DNA of 64,000 nucleotides, taken from Acidobacteriota bacterium (GTDB taxonomy: Bacteria; Pseudomonadota; Gammaproteobacteria; Burkholderiales; Burkholderiaceae_C). The translations under genes were made by a program, and so were the position numbers. Positions within the stretch are counted from its first letter, which is position 1, and each line of letters opens with the position of its first letter. Below the pieces are notes generated by a model. The model saw only the letters and a program-made list of their open reading frames with translations. It had not been told where the DNA came from and made no database searches. Location of the stretch: positions 1,151 to 65,150 of the forward strand of contig JBLNAI010000011.1 in the NCBI GenBank assembly GCA_050259275.1, written 5' to 3'. Shown here one piece after another: positions 16,486-24,840 of the stretch.

Positions 16486-17247
16486 ATGCTGGACGTTACC
16501 GTTCAACCTCGACTGGTTTACTCCGCTCATGACGAGGGCCGCGATGAGCCGCCTCTGCAGATCATCGATCGGCTGCGCGAATGCCTGTTCAACGGCGAGC
16601 TGGCCGCTGGTGCCCGCTTGTCGGAGCCGTCGCTGGCCACCATGCTGGGCGTCTCACGCACGCCCATCCGCGCGGCGTTGCAACGCCTGCAGATCGAAGG
16701 CTGGCTCGACAGCACCGCCAATGGCGGTTACCGCGTCCGACAGTTTTCTCGCGACGAGGTGGCCTCAGCGCTGGCGGTGCACGCCGCACTGGAGGGACTG
16801 GCCGTTCGGCTGGCCGCCGAGCAGGGCGTGGCAGCTTCGCTGATGTCCCAGGCGCGCGAGCTGCTCATCCGCATGGACATGCTGCTCGATGAAGCCACTT
16901 GGTCGCTGGACAGCTTTGATCTGTTTTTGGCCCGTCATGCCGAATTCCATCGGCTGCTGGTCAAGATGGCAGCCTGCCCCATGATCGACAACACGCTGGC
17001 GCACGTCACGGCGCACCCCTTATCGATTGCGGCGCACGTGTTTTTCAGCACCGGGCGGGCCAATCCCGATGTGCGCATGGGGCTGGTGTTTGCGCAAGAG
17101 CATCACCGCAATGTGCTGGACGCGATCAAGCGCCAGCAGGGCACCCGGGCCGAAGCGCTGGTCAGAGAGCACGCGGCCTGGCTGGAACGCCATTTGCACA
17201 CCAGCCACCACCGGGCAAGCGTGCCATTTTTAACACGGGCCAGCTAG
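16486..17247 (+). CDS. GntR-family transcriptional regulator (FCD domain)
   Basis: wHTH GARLSEPSLATMLGVSRTPIRAALQRL; FCD motifs HAEFH and EHHRNVLDAI. Confidence 0.9.
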   Translation: MLDVTVQPRLVYSAHDEGRDEPPLQIIDRLRECLFNGELAAGARLSEPSLATMLGVSRTPIRAALQRLQIEGWLDSTANGGYRVRQFSRDEVASALAVHAALEGLAVRLAAEQGVAASLMSQARELLIRMDMLLDEATWSLDSFDLFLARHAEFHRLLVKMAACPMIDNTLAHVTAHPLSIAAHVFFSTGRANPDVRMGLVFAQEHHRNVLDAIKRQQGTRAEALVREHAAWLERHLHTSHHRASVPFLTRAS

Positions 17248-17347
17248 CGAAAGTACGAAATTCCCATTTATTGAATCTCCCCTTTGTCAGCCTTGCCACC
17301 ACCGCATTACCATGGGTTCACCGTGATGGACTCTGATTGCAGAGGCA

Positions 17348-19276
17348 ATGTTTTCTTTTCGTCGTGCTTGGCTGGTTTGGGCCCTGTTGGTGCCCGCTTT
17401 GGCGGGGGCCGCGCCGGGAGCGCGTGTCATTGTCAAACTCAAGGCTGATTCCAGCCTGTTGACGGACAGCTCGTACGCCCAGCCGCAGTCCCTGGGCTCG
17501 TCTGGGGCCAGCAGCGGCTCGGCGCGCATGCAGCGCCTGGGCCTCAAAATGGGCCTTACCTTGCGGGACGGGCGCCAATTGGGGCCGCGCGTGCACGTGG
17601 CCCAGGCCCAGGGTGTCAGCTCCGAAGTGCTTGCTGCCCGTCTGGCGGCTCAACCGGATGTCGAATACGCCGTGGTGGACCAGTTGCGCCAGCGCAAGGC
17701 CATCCCCAATGACCCGTTCTTTGGCAGCCCGGCTTCTTTGCCAGCCGGGCAGTGGTACCTCAAAACGCCCTCGGAAACCGTACCTACCGCTGCGATCAAT
17801 GCCGTCGAGGCTTGGGATCTTACCTATGGCTCTCCGTCTGTCGCTGTGGCCGTGCTAGACACCGGTGTGCGGCAGGACAACCGGGATTTTGCCGGCAAGT
17901 TTCTGGCTGGCTACAACATGATCGCCGACCCCGTGCGGGCCGGTAACAGCGTGGGGCGCTCCACCGATCCGTCCGACCTGGGTGACTGGCTGACGCAGGC
18001 CGAAATCACGGCCAATCCGGGCAGCTACCCGTCGGGCCAATGCAAGGAAGACCTGACCAGCTCCTGGCATGGCATGGAAGTGGCCGGGGTCGTCGGTGCC
18101 GCCACCAACAATGCCATCGGCATGGCGGGTGTGGGCGGCAACACCACCATCATTCCTGTGCGGGTGCTGGGCAAGTGCGGCGGGTATGACTCGGACATCA
18201 TCGCGGGCATGCGCTGGGCGGCAGGCTTGCCGGTGACCGGCGTGTCAACGCCGCCACCGCAGGTCGCCCGTGTCATCAACCTGAGTCTCGGCTCGGCCGG
18301 TGTGTGTCACGCCGCCTACCAGGATGCGATCACCGAAGTGGTGGCGTCCGGTGTCGTGGTGGTCGCCTCTGCGGGGAACGAAGCCAAAGGAGTCGATACC
18401 CCGGGCAATTGCAATGGCGTGATCGCGGTGGGCGCGTTGCGCCACCTGGGCACCAAGACGAACTATTCGGCCACGGGGCCCCAGATCACCATCAGTGCGC
18501 CGGGCGGCAACTGCGTCAACACGACCGGGCCATGCCTGTATCCCATCCTGTCGGCTTCCAATTCGGGAACACAGACGCCGGTCGCCGACGCGGACGGCGG
18601 CTCCGTTTATGTGGGGGGCGCAGGCACCAGCTTTTCGGCGCCCATGGTCAGCGGCACCGTGGCCTTGATGCTGGCCAAGCGGCCCAGTTTGACGCCCGAC
18701 GCCGTCAGGCGAATCTTGATGAGTTCAGCCCGCGCCTTTCCGACCTCGGGCGTGAGCACGGCGACGGGCAACTGTCAGGCACCGACCGATAGCGCGCAGG
18801 GCGAGTGCTACTGCACCACTTCGACTTGCGGTGCGGGCATGCTGGACGCGTCGGCCGCGGTGGCGAAGGCCGCCTCAGACGGGGTCGCCAGTGTGGCGGT
18901 GACGCCGGCGAACCCGACTCCGGCTGACACCATCGTACTGAGCGGCGCGGGGTCGCTGTCCAGCGTGCTCGCCACCCATGTGACCAGCTACCACTGGGAG
19001 CTGATCGATGGCGGGGGCATCGTCTCGTCCTTGACCGGCGACGTGGACACCGTGTCCGTGTCGGCCCATGCCAGCGCGCCGGGGCGCTTTACCGTGAAGC
19101 TGACCATCACGGACGATCAGGGCGTGACCGCATCGACCACCCAGGTCGTGATCGTTGAGTCGCCCCCGTCGAGCGGCGGAGGAGGGGGCGGCGCGCTGGA
19201 TGGCCTCACCCTGCTCCTGGGACTGCTGTGGGCGGGGTGGCAATGGCCCCGTCGCATGCGGCAAGGCCACGCCTGA
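17348..19276 (+). CDS. Secreted S8 subtilase with a PKD-like domain and a GlyGly-CTERM sorting signal
   Basis: Signal peptide, catalytic triad VAVLDTG / WHGMEVAG / GTSFSAP, C-terminal SGGGGGGALDGLTLLLGLLWAGWQWPRRMR. Confidence 0.92.
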   Translation: MFSFRRAWLVWALLVPALAGAAPGARVIVKLKADSSLLTDSSYAQPQSLGSSGASSGSARMQRLGLKMGLTLRDGRQLGPRVHVAQAQGVSSEVLAARLAAQPDVEYAVVDQLRQRKAIPNDPFFGSPASLPAGQWYLKTPSETVPTAAINAVEAWDLTYGSPSVAVAVLDTGVRQDNRDFAGKFLAGYNMIADPVRAGNSVGRSTDPSDLGDWLTQAEITANPGSYPSGQCKEDLTSSWHGMEVAGVVGAATNNAIGMAGVGGNTTIIPVRVLGKCGGYDSDIIAGMRWAAGLPVTGVSTPPPQVARVINLSLGSAGVCHAAYQDAITEVVASGVVVVASAGNEAKGVDTPGNCNGVIAVGALRHLGTKTNYSATGPQITISAPGGNCVNTTGPCLYPILSASNSGTQTPVADADGGSVYVGGAGTSFSAPMVSGTVALMLAKRPSLTPDAVRRILMSSARAFPTSGVSTATGNCQAPTDSAQGECYCTTSTCGAGMLDASAAVAKAASDGVASVAVTPANPTPADTIVLSGAGSLSSVLATHVTSYHWELIDGGGIVSSLTGDVDTVSVSAHASAPGRFTVKLTITDDQGVTASTTQVVIVESPPSSGGGGGGALDGLTLLLGLLWAGWQWPRRMRQGHA

Positions 19277-19305
19277 ATTTGATTTAGAGCAGGAGACCGC
19301 ATAAG

Positions 19306-19331
19306 AGCCAGGCTTCGGTCTGGCTTTTTTT
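19306..19331 (+). terminator. Intrinsic terminator after the subtilase gene
   Basis: AGCCAGGC-TTCG-GTCTGGCT followed by a T run. Confidence 0.8.
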
Positions 19332-19381
19332 GGTTTATTTGCTGATAATGCGAACCATTGTCATTTGCATTAGATTTCGTC

Positions 19382-20635
19382 ATGTGGAGCCCCTTCCGTC
19401 AGCCCGTGTCCGTCTTGTCTTTGCTGTGTGCCGCCGTGCTGGCGGGTTGTGGGGGCGGGGGCGATGCCGGGAGCACAACCGGCGGATCGTCTGCTCAGGC
19501 GCAATCCCTGTCTGACGTCGCGGCGCTGGGTCAGTTGATCTTCACTGACACCAACTTGTCCAAGTCCGGGGTGCAGTCGTGTGCCAGCTGCCACGACGCC
19601 GGCCACGCCCATGCGGCACCCAACAACCTGTCGGTTCAACTGGGTGGGCCCCTGGGCACCGATCGGCATGGCACCCGCGTGTCGCCCTCGATGCGCTATC
19701 TGCGCTACAACACGGACTTCCATTTCGACGCGGAAGGCACGCCGACCGGCGGCTTTTTTTGGGACGGGCGGGCTAAGTCGCTGGCCGACCAGGCCAAGGG
19801 GCCTTTTGTGAACCCGCGTGAGATGGCCAATGACCGACCCGAAGACGTCGTGGCCAAAGTCGCGCAAGGGGCTTACGCCCAGGAGTTCAAGCGGGTGTTC
19901 GGCGCCGGCATCTTTGCCGACCCGGCCGCTGCCTACGAGCGCATTGCGCTGGCCTTGCAGGCCTTTCAGCAAGAGGACGCGCAATTTGCGCCCTTCACCA
20001 GCAAGTACGACGCCTTCTTGCGCGGGCAAACCAAATTGTCCGATCAGGAATTGCGCGGCCTGGCGCTGTTCAACAGCCCCTCGAAAGGCAACTGTGCAGC
20101 CTGCCATCCCAGCGGCAAGGGTCGCAATGGCAGCTTGCCGCTGTTCACCGATTTCTCGTACGACGGCCTGGGCGTGCCACGCAACTGGACCATCAGCGAC
20201 AACGTGGACCCAACCGTGTTCGACCTGGGTCTGTGCGACAGCCGCCACCCCGTGATCACCGCGCTGGACGAGACCACACGGCAGGGCTTGTGCGGCAAGT
20301 TCAAGGTGCCCTCGTTGCGCAATGTGGCCCAACGGGGCGCGTTCTTTCACAACGGCGTCTTCCATGACCTGACCACGGTCGTCACCTTCTACGCTCAGCG
20401 CGAAACCCATCCCGAGAAGTGGTACCTGGACGCCAACGGGCAGGTCGACCGCGATGTCAACGGCCAGGTCAACAAGTACAACGACCTGCCGCTCGCGTAC
20501 CGAAACAAGGACCACGTGAACACAACCGAAGCGCCCTACAACCGCACCCTGGGCGATGCCCCCGCCTTGACCGATGCCGAGATCCAGGACCTGGTGGTCT
20601 TTCTGGGCACGCTCAGCGACGGCTGGTCACACTGA
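19382..20635 (+). CDS. Di-haem cytochrome c peroxidase/MauG-family lipoprotein
   Basis: Lipobox LAGC, two CxxCH motifs (CASCH, CAACH), FFWDGRA, FKVPSLRNVA. Confidence 0.9.
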   Translation: MWSPFRQPVSVLSLLCAAVLAGCGGGGDAGSTTGGSSAQAQSLSDVAALGQLIFTDTNLSKSGVQSCASCHDAGHAHAAPNNLSVQLGGPLGTDRHGTRVSPSMRYLRYNTDFHFDAEGTPTGGFFWDGRAKSLADQAKGPFVNPREMANDRPEDVVAKVAQGAYAQEFKRVFGAGIFADPAAAYERIALALQAFQQEDAQFAPFTSKYDAFLRGQTKLSDQELRGLALFNSPSKGNCAACHPSGKGRNGSLPLFTDFSYDGLGVPRNWTISDNVDPTVFDLGLCDSRHPVITALDETTRQGLCGKFKVPSLRNVAQRGAFFHNGVFHDLTTVVTFYAQRETHPEKWYLDANGQVDRDVNGQVNKYNDLPLAYRNKDHVNTTEAPYNRTLGDAPALTDAEIQDLVVFLGTLSDGWSH

Positions 20636-20668
20636 TTTTCTGGCTTTCAACCTTTTGGACCCCTCATC

Positions 20669-21979
20669 ATGAAACACACTCTTGCCCTGAGTTGTCTGGC
20701 CGCCGCTTGTGTCTGCGCCACCTTGCCTGTTCATGCCCAAACGGCCGCCAAAGGAGCGGGGTCCGTGTCCGCGAAAGAGGCCGAGCTGTCGTCCCGTCTG
20801 GACGCGCTGAGCAGCGAACTGGCCGCGCTCAAGGCCCAGTTGGCAGCACAAGCCAAAGCGCAGGCACAAAGCCAGGCACCAAGCCAGGCACCGGCTGCCG
20901 ATGCTGTCACTGCCAATTCCCCTGCGGGTGAACCGGCCACGGTGCTGACCAGCTATGGCGAGATGGGTGCGCGCTTCTACAACAAGGACACCGGGCGCAA
21001 CAGCGCTGACCTGACGCGCTTCGTGCTGGGTTTCCAACACCGTTTTGACAGCCAGACCAAGCTGGTGACCGAGCTGGAGGTCGAGCATGCGGTGTCGTCG
21101 GCCGACGATGCCGGCGAAGTGGCCATCGAGCAGGCCTATATCGAGCGCCAGCTCAACGCCAATTGGGCCGCTCGGGCCGGTCTGTTCGTGATGCCGATGG
21201 GGCTGCTCAATGAAAACCACGAGCCCACGGCGTACTACGGCGTCGAACGCAACTTTGTGGAGACCGCCATCATCCCCAGCACCTGGCGCGAGGGCGGTGT
21301 CCAATTTGTGGGCGACCTCGATCAGGGCCTGACGCTGCAAGCGGGCGTGAGCACGGGCTTTGATGTCAGCAAGTGGGACCCGACAGACGCCGAGACCGCC
21401 GAGTCGCCCCTGGGCGCGGTGCACCAGGAAATGTCCCAGGCCAAGTCGCATGACTGGGGCGGCTTCGTGGCCTTGAACTGGCGCGGTGTGCCGGGCCTGC
21501 AATTGGGCGGCGCGGTGTTCGCAGGTCGCGGTGGCCAGGGCCAGGCCGGTGTGCCCAAGATGGGCGTGACTTTGTGGGATGTGCATGCCCGCTACACGCC
21601 GGGCGCCTGGGACCTGTCGGCGCTGTACGCGCAAGGCCGCATCACCAACACCACGGACTTCAACCAGACCCTCGTGGGGAACCCCTATCTGGTGCCCTCG
21701 CGCTTCAGCGGCTGGTACACCCAGGCGGCATACAAGCTGTGGTCTCACGGCGATCTGGCCCTGTCCCCCTTTGTGCGGTGGGAGCAGTTCAACACCCGTG
21801 AGGCCTATGCCGATGTGGGCGCTGGTCTGACGCCGGAGGCCGCCAAGGCCGAGCGCGTGATCACGGTGGGCGCCAATCTGGCCGTGGGGGCTGGCGTGGT
21901 GCTCAAAGCCGACATTCAGCGATTCAAGGAAAACAGCGACGACAATCGCTTGAATCTGGGACTGGGTTGGAGCTTCTGA
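20669..21979 (+). CDS. Outer-membrane beta-barrel porin (OprO/P-like) with an N-terminal coiled coil
   Basis: Signal peptide, coiled coil, amphipathic strands (ELEVEH, EQAYIE), C-terminal GLGWSF. Confidence 0.8.
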   Translation: MKHTLALSCLAAACVCATLPVHAQTAAKGAGSVSAKEAELSSRLDALSSELAALKAQLAAQAKAQAQSQAPSQAPAADAVTANSPAGEPATVLTSYGEMGARFYNKDTGRNSADLTRFVLGFQHRFDSQTKLVTELEVEHAVSSADDAGEVAIEQAYIERQLNANWAARAGLFVMPMGLLNENHEPTAYYGVERNFVETAIIPSTWREGGVQFVGDLDQGLTLQAGVSTGFDVSKWDPTDAETAESPLGAVHQEMSQAKSHDWGGFVALNWRGVPGLQLGGAVFAGRGGQGQAGVPKMGVTLWDVHARYTPGAWDLSALYAQGRITNTTDFNQTLVGNPYLVPSRFSGWYTQAAYKLWSHGDLALSPFVRWEQFNTREAYADVGAGLTPEAAKAERVITVGANLAVGAGVVLKADIQRFKENSDDNRLNLGLGWSF

Positions 21980-22548
21980 TGCGCATTGCGATCCTCAAGT
22001 CGGCTGCGCTGGCGCCTGTGGCGCTGGCCGGCGTGGTGCCCACTGCCGCGTTTGCAGTGGACTACATGACGCCACAACAAGCCCAGCAGGCTTTGTTTCC
22101 GGCGGCGGATCGATTTGAGGCGCGTGACATTCGGCTCGATGCCGCGCAGTTGCAGGCCCTGCAGCAGCGCTATGGCGTCGGTGGCCGCTCGGCCAACTGG
22201 AAGGTGCTTGTGGCGATGCAAGGCGGCAAGGCGCTGGGCTACGTGGTCGTTGATAACGTGGTGGGCAAGTTCGAGCTGATCACCTATGCCGTCGGCCTGC
22301 AGACCGATGGCACGGTCAAGCAAATCGAGATCCTGTCTTACCGTGAGAGCCATGGCGGCGAGATCCGCTTGCCAGCCTGGCGACAGCAGTTCGTCGGCAA
22401 GGGCGTCCAGTCGCCCATCAAGACCGGCAATGACATCGCCAACATCAGCGGCGCCACCCTGTCATGCAGTCACGTGGCCGAAGGCGTCAAGCGCATTGTT
22501 TCGGTGGTGGACTGGGCGCGGGGCGCAGGGTTGCTGGGCGCCGGATGA
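21979..22548 (+). CDS. Exported FMN-binding domain protein (flavinylation target)
   Basis: Signal peptide and the flavinylation motif ISGATLS; TGATG coupling to the porin gene. Confidence 0.88.
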   Translation: MRIAILKSAALAPVALAGVVPTAAFAVDYMTPQQAQQALFPAADRFEARDIRLDAAQLQALQQRYGVGGRSANWKVLVAMQGGKALGYVVVDNVVGKFELITYAVGLQTDGTVKQIEILSYRESHGGEIRLPAWRQQFVGKGVQSPIKTGNDIANISGATLSCSHVAEGVKRIVSVVDWARGAGLLGAG

Positions 22549-23291
22549 CGGTGTTGCGGCGGGCCCAGCCTTGGCTGGGAACCTTGGTTGAAATCGGCGT
22601 ACCGCTGGACGCGTCGAGCGATCCCGATGCTTCAAGCCTGGTCAGCCAGGCGGTGGCCGACGCCTTTGCCGTGATCGCACAGGTGCAGCGTCGGCTGTCC
22701 CGCTTCGACCCTGACAGCGATGTCAGCCGTTTCCATCTCGCGGAGGTGGGGCAGCCGGTCAGCGTCAACGCGCACACCCGCGAGGTCTTGCGGCTGGCGG
22801 CGCAACTGCATCATCAGACCGGCGGCCTGTTTGACATTGCCCTGGGCAGTGGGCAGTGGTGCCTTGACGCCGACGGTCTGTGGCACAAGCTGACGCCCGA
22901 TGTGCGAGTGGACCTGGGCGGCATCGCCAAGGGGTATGCCGTCGACATGGCGATGGAGGCGCTCTGCGCGCGTTCGGTGTCGTCGGCCTGGGTCAACGCG
23001 GGTGGCGATTTGCGGGTCATGGGATGCAACATCCCCGTCGATCTGCGGGACGAGGTGCAGGGTGGGGTGCGCCGGTGGGCGCAGATCGCCGACACGGCGC
23101 TGGCGACCAGTTATTTCGGGGCCGATGCGCGCTCGGCCTTGCATGGGACGGCACAGGCGCGGCATGTCACAGTCGCGGCGCCACGCTGCGCGGTGGCCGA
23201 TGCGTTGACCAAGGTCGTGTGCCAATTGGGGCTGGATCAGGCCGAGCCTGTCTTGCGGTTTTTTCAGGCCCAGGCCTGGATTCATGCATGA
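22545..23291 (+). CDS. apbE: ApbE-family FAD:protein FMN transferase lacking a signal/lipoprotein peptide
   Basis: Motifs LGTLVEI, LSRFDPDSDVSRF, VDLGGIAKGYAVD, VNAGGDLRV, ALATS, ADALTK; ATGA coupling. Confidence 0.88.
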   Translation: MTVLRRAQPWLGTLVEIGVPLDASSDPDASSLVSQAVADAFAVIAQVQRRLSRFDPDSDVSRFHLAEVGQPVSVNAHTREVLRLAAQLHHQTGGLFDIALGSGQWCLDADGLWHKLTPDVRVDLGGIAKGYAVDMAMEALCARSVSSAWVNAGGDLRVMGCNIPVDLRDEVQGGVRRWAQIADTALATSYFGADARSALHGTAQARHVTVAAPRCAVADALTKVVCQLGLDQAEPVLRFFQAQAWIHA

Positions 23292-23739
23292 TGGCGGGAT
23301 GGCTTTCCATCCTCACCAACGACATGCTTTGCGCCGATGGGTGCGCTGGACGATTCATGCGCTGATGCTGGCCCTGCTGGTCTCAGGCGGCCTGTGGCTG
23401 TGCGTTCACTTCCTGGGCTGGCCCGCTGTGGCGCAGGCGAGCATGGAAGGCTTGCCCAGTCCCTGGGAGGCGCCTTTGATGAAGCTGCACGGCGCCGCCA
23501 TGCTGGGCATGGTGTTCATGGTCGGCCGGTTGTCGGGCACCCATGTGCTGCTGGGCTGGCGCATCAAGCGGCGCGTGTGGGACGGCGTGGCCCTTCTGGT
23601 TCTGATCGGCTTGCTGGCCTTGTCGGGCTATGTGCTGTACTACTGGGTGCCAGACACCTGGCGCGACGCCTTGGGTGTGGGGCATGGGCTGGTCGGCATG
23701 CTGGCCGGGGCCGGCTTGTGGTACCACCGACGTCATTGA
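23284..23739 (+). CDS. Four-TM His-containing membrane protein (DUF4405/cytochrome b-like)
   Basis: TM helices carrying His (WTIHAL, KLHGAAM, GTHV, VGHGLVG); overlaps the apbE stop. Confidence 0.6.
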   Translation: MHDGGMAFHPHQRHALRRWVRWTIHALMLALLVSGGLWLCVHFLGWPAVAQASMEGLPSPWEAPLMKLHGAAMLGMVFMVGRLSGTHVLLGWRIKRRVWDGVALLVLIGLLALSGYVLYYWVPDTWRDALGVGHGLVGMLAGAGLWYHRRH

Positions 23740-23751
23740 GCGCGGGCGCGT

Positions 23752-24792
23752 TCAACGCCAGGACGACTCCTGTCCCTGCTCCAGCAAGACCTCGATCTGT
23801 TGGCGCAACAAATCGGTTTGCTGTTGCCAGTAGGTGACTTGTCCAAACCATGGAAACGCCGCAGGAAACGCGGGATCGTGCCAGCGCTTGGCCAGCCACG
23901 CACTGTGGTGGATCATGCGCAACGCCCGCAAGGCTTCGATGAGCTTGAGTTCACGCCAGTCAAAGTCGATGATCGATTCATAGCCATCGAGCATCGCATT
24001 GAGTTGGCTGCGGCGTTGTTCGGGGTCGCCGCTCAACAGCATCCACAGATCCTGCACAGCGGGCCCCATGCAGGCGTCATCCAGATCAACAAAATGAGGA
24101 CCATCTGGCGTCCACAGGATGTTGCCGGTATGGCAGTCGCCGTGCAGGCGGCGGTACACCAGGCCGGGGATGCGGTCGAAGGCGGCTTGTGCCAGATCCA
24201 GCACCTGATCGCACGCGCTGGTCCACGGGCGCAATTGGTCCGGGGGCAGGGCTTCGTGGTCGAGCAGCCATTGGCGAGCGCTGCGGCCGGTCTGCGCCAC
24301 GCTCAGACTGGTGCGGTACTGAAAGCTGCGCTGAGCGCCAACGCTGTGAAGCCGGCCCAGAAAACGTCCGATCCAGGTCAGGACGTCGGGGTCTTCCAGC
24401 TCGGGGCTGCGGCCACCCTTGCGAGGGCTGACCGCCACGCGGATGTGGTCCTGACAGCCCAAAGTCGGGGGGATGCCCAACAGCCGGGCAGGGTCCTCGC
24501 AAGTGAGGACCAGCGGCGCGACCACCGGGACTTCAGCCTGCGCCAACTCGTGGGCGAAAGCATGTTCTTCCAGGATCTGGTCCGAGGTCCAGCGGTCATG
24601 TCGGTAGAACTTCGCCACGACCATGCCGCCCTCGTCGAGCCCGACCTGAAAGACCCGGTTCTCGTAAGAGTTCAGTTGCAGCAGGCGGCCATCGCCCAGG
24701 ATGCCGAAATCCTGCAAGGTGTCGAGCACCTTGTCAGGCGTCAGGTCGGCATAAGGGGTGTCAGGTTGAATCGGATCGTGCTCGGCGCTCAT
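23752..24792 (-). CDS. srkA: Stress response Ser/Thr kinase SrkA/RdoA (YihE)
   Basis: LNSYENRVFQ, VAKFYRHDRW, LHGDCHTGN, DLDD, QDLWMLLSG, RWHDPAFPAAFPWF. Confidence 0.95.
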   Translation of the reverse strand: MSAEHDPIQPDTPYADLTPDKVLDTLQDFGILGDGRLLQLNSYENRVFQVGLDEGGMVVAKFYRHDRWTSDQILEEHAFAHELAQAEVPVVAPLVLTCEDPARLLGIPPTLGCQDHIRVAVSPRKGGRSPELEDPDVLTWIGRFLGRLHSVGAQRSFQYRTSLSVAQTGRSARQWLLDHEALPPDQLRPWTSACDQVLDLAQAAFDRIPGLVYRRLHGDCHTGNILWTPDGPHFVDLDDACMGPAVQDLWMLLSGDPEQRRSQLNAMLDGYESIIDFDWRELKLIEALRALRMIHHSAWLAKRWHDPAFPAAFPWFGQVTYWQQQTDLLRQQIEVLLEQGQESSWR

Positions 24793-24840
24793 GCGGCATC
24801 TTAGGCGATCCGCCGCGCGGGTCGCGCAGAGGGGTGGCGA

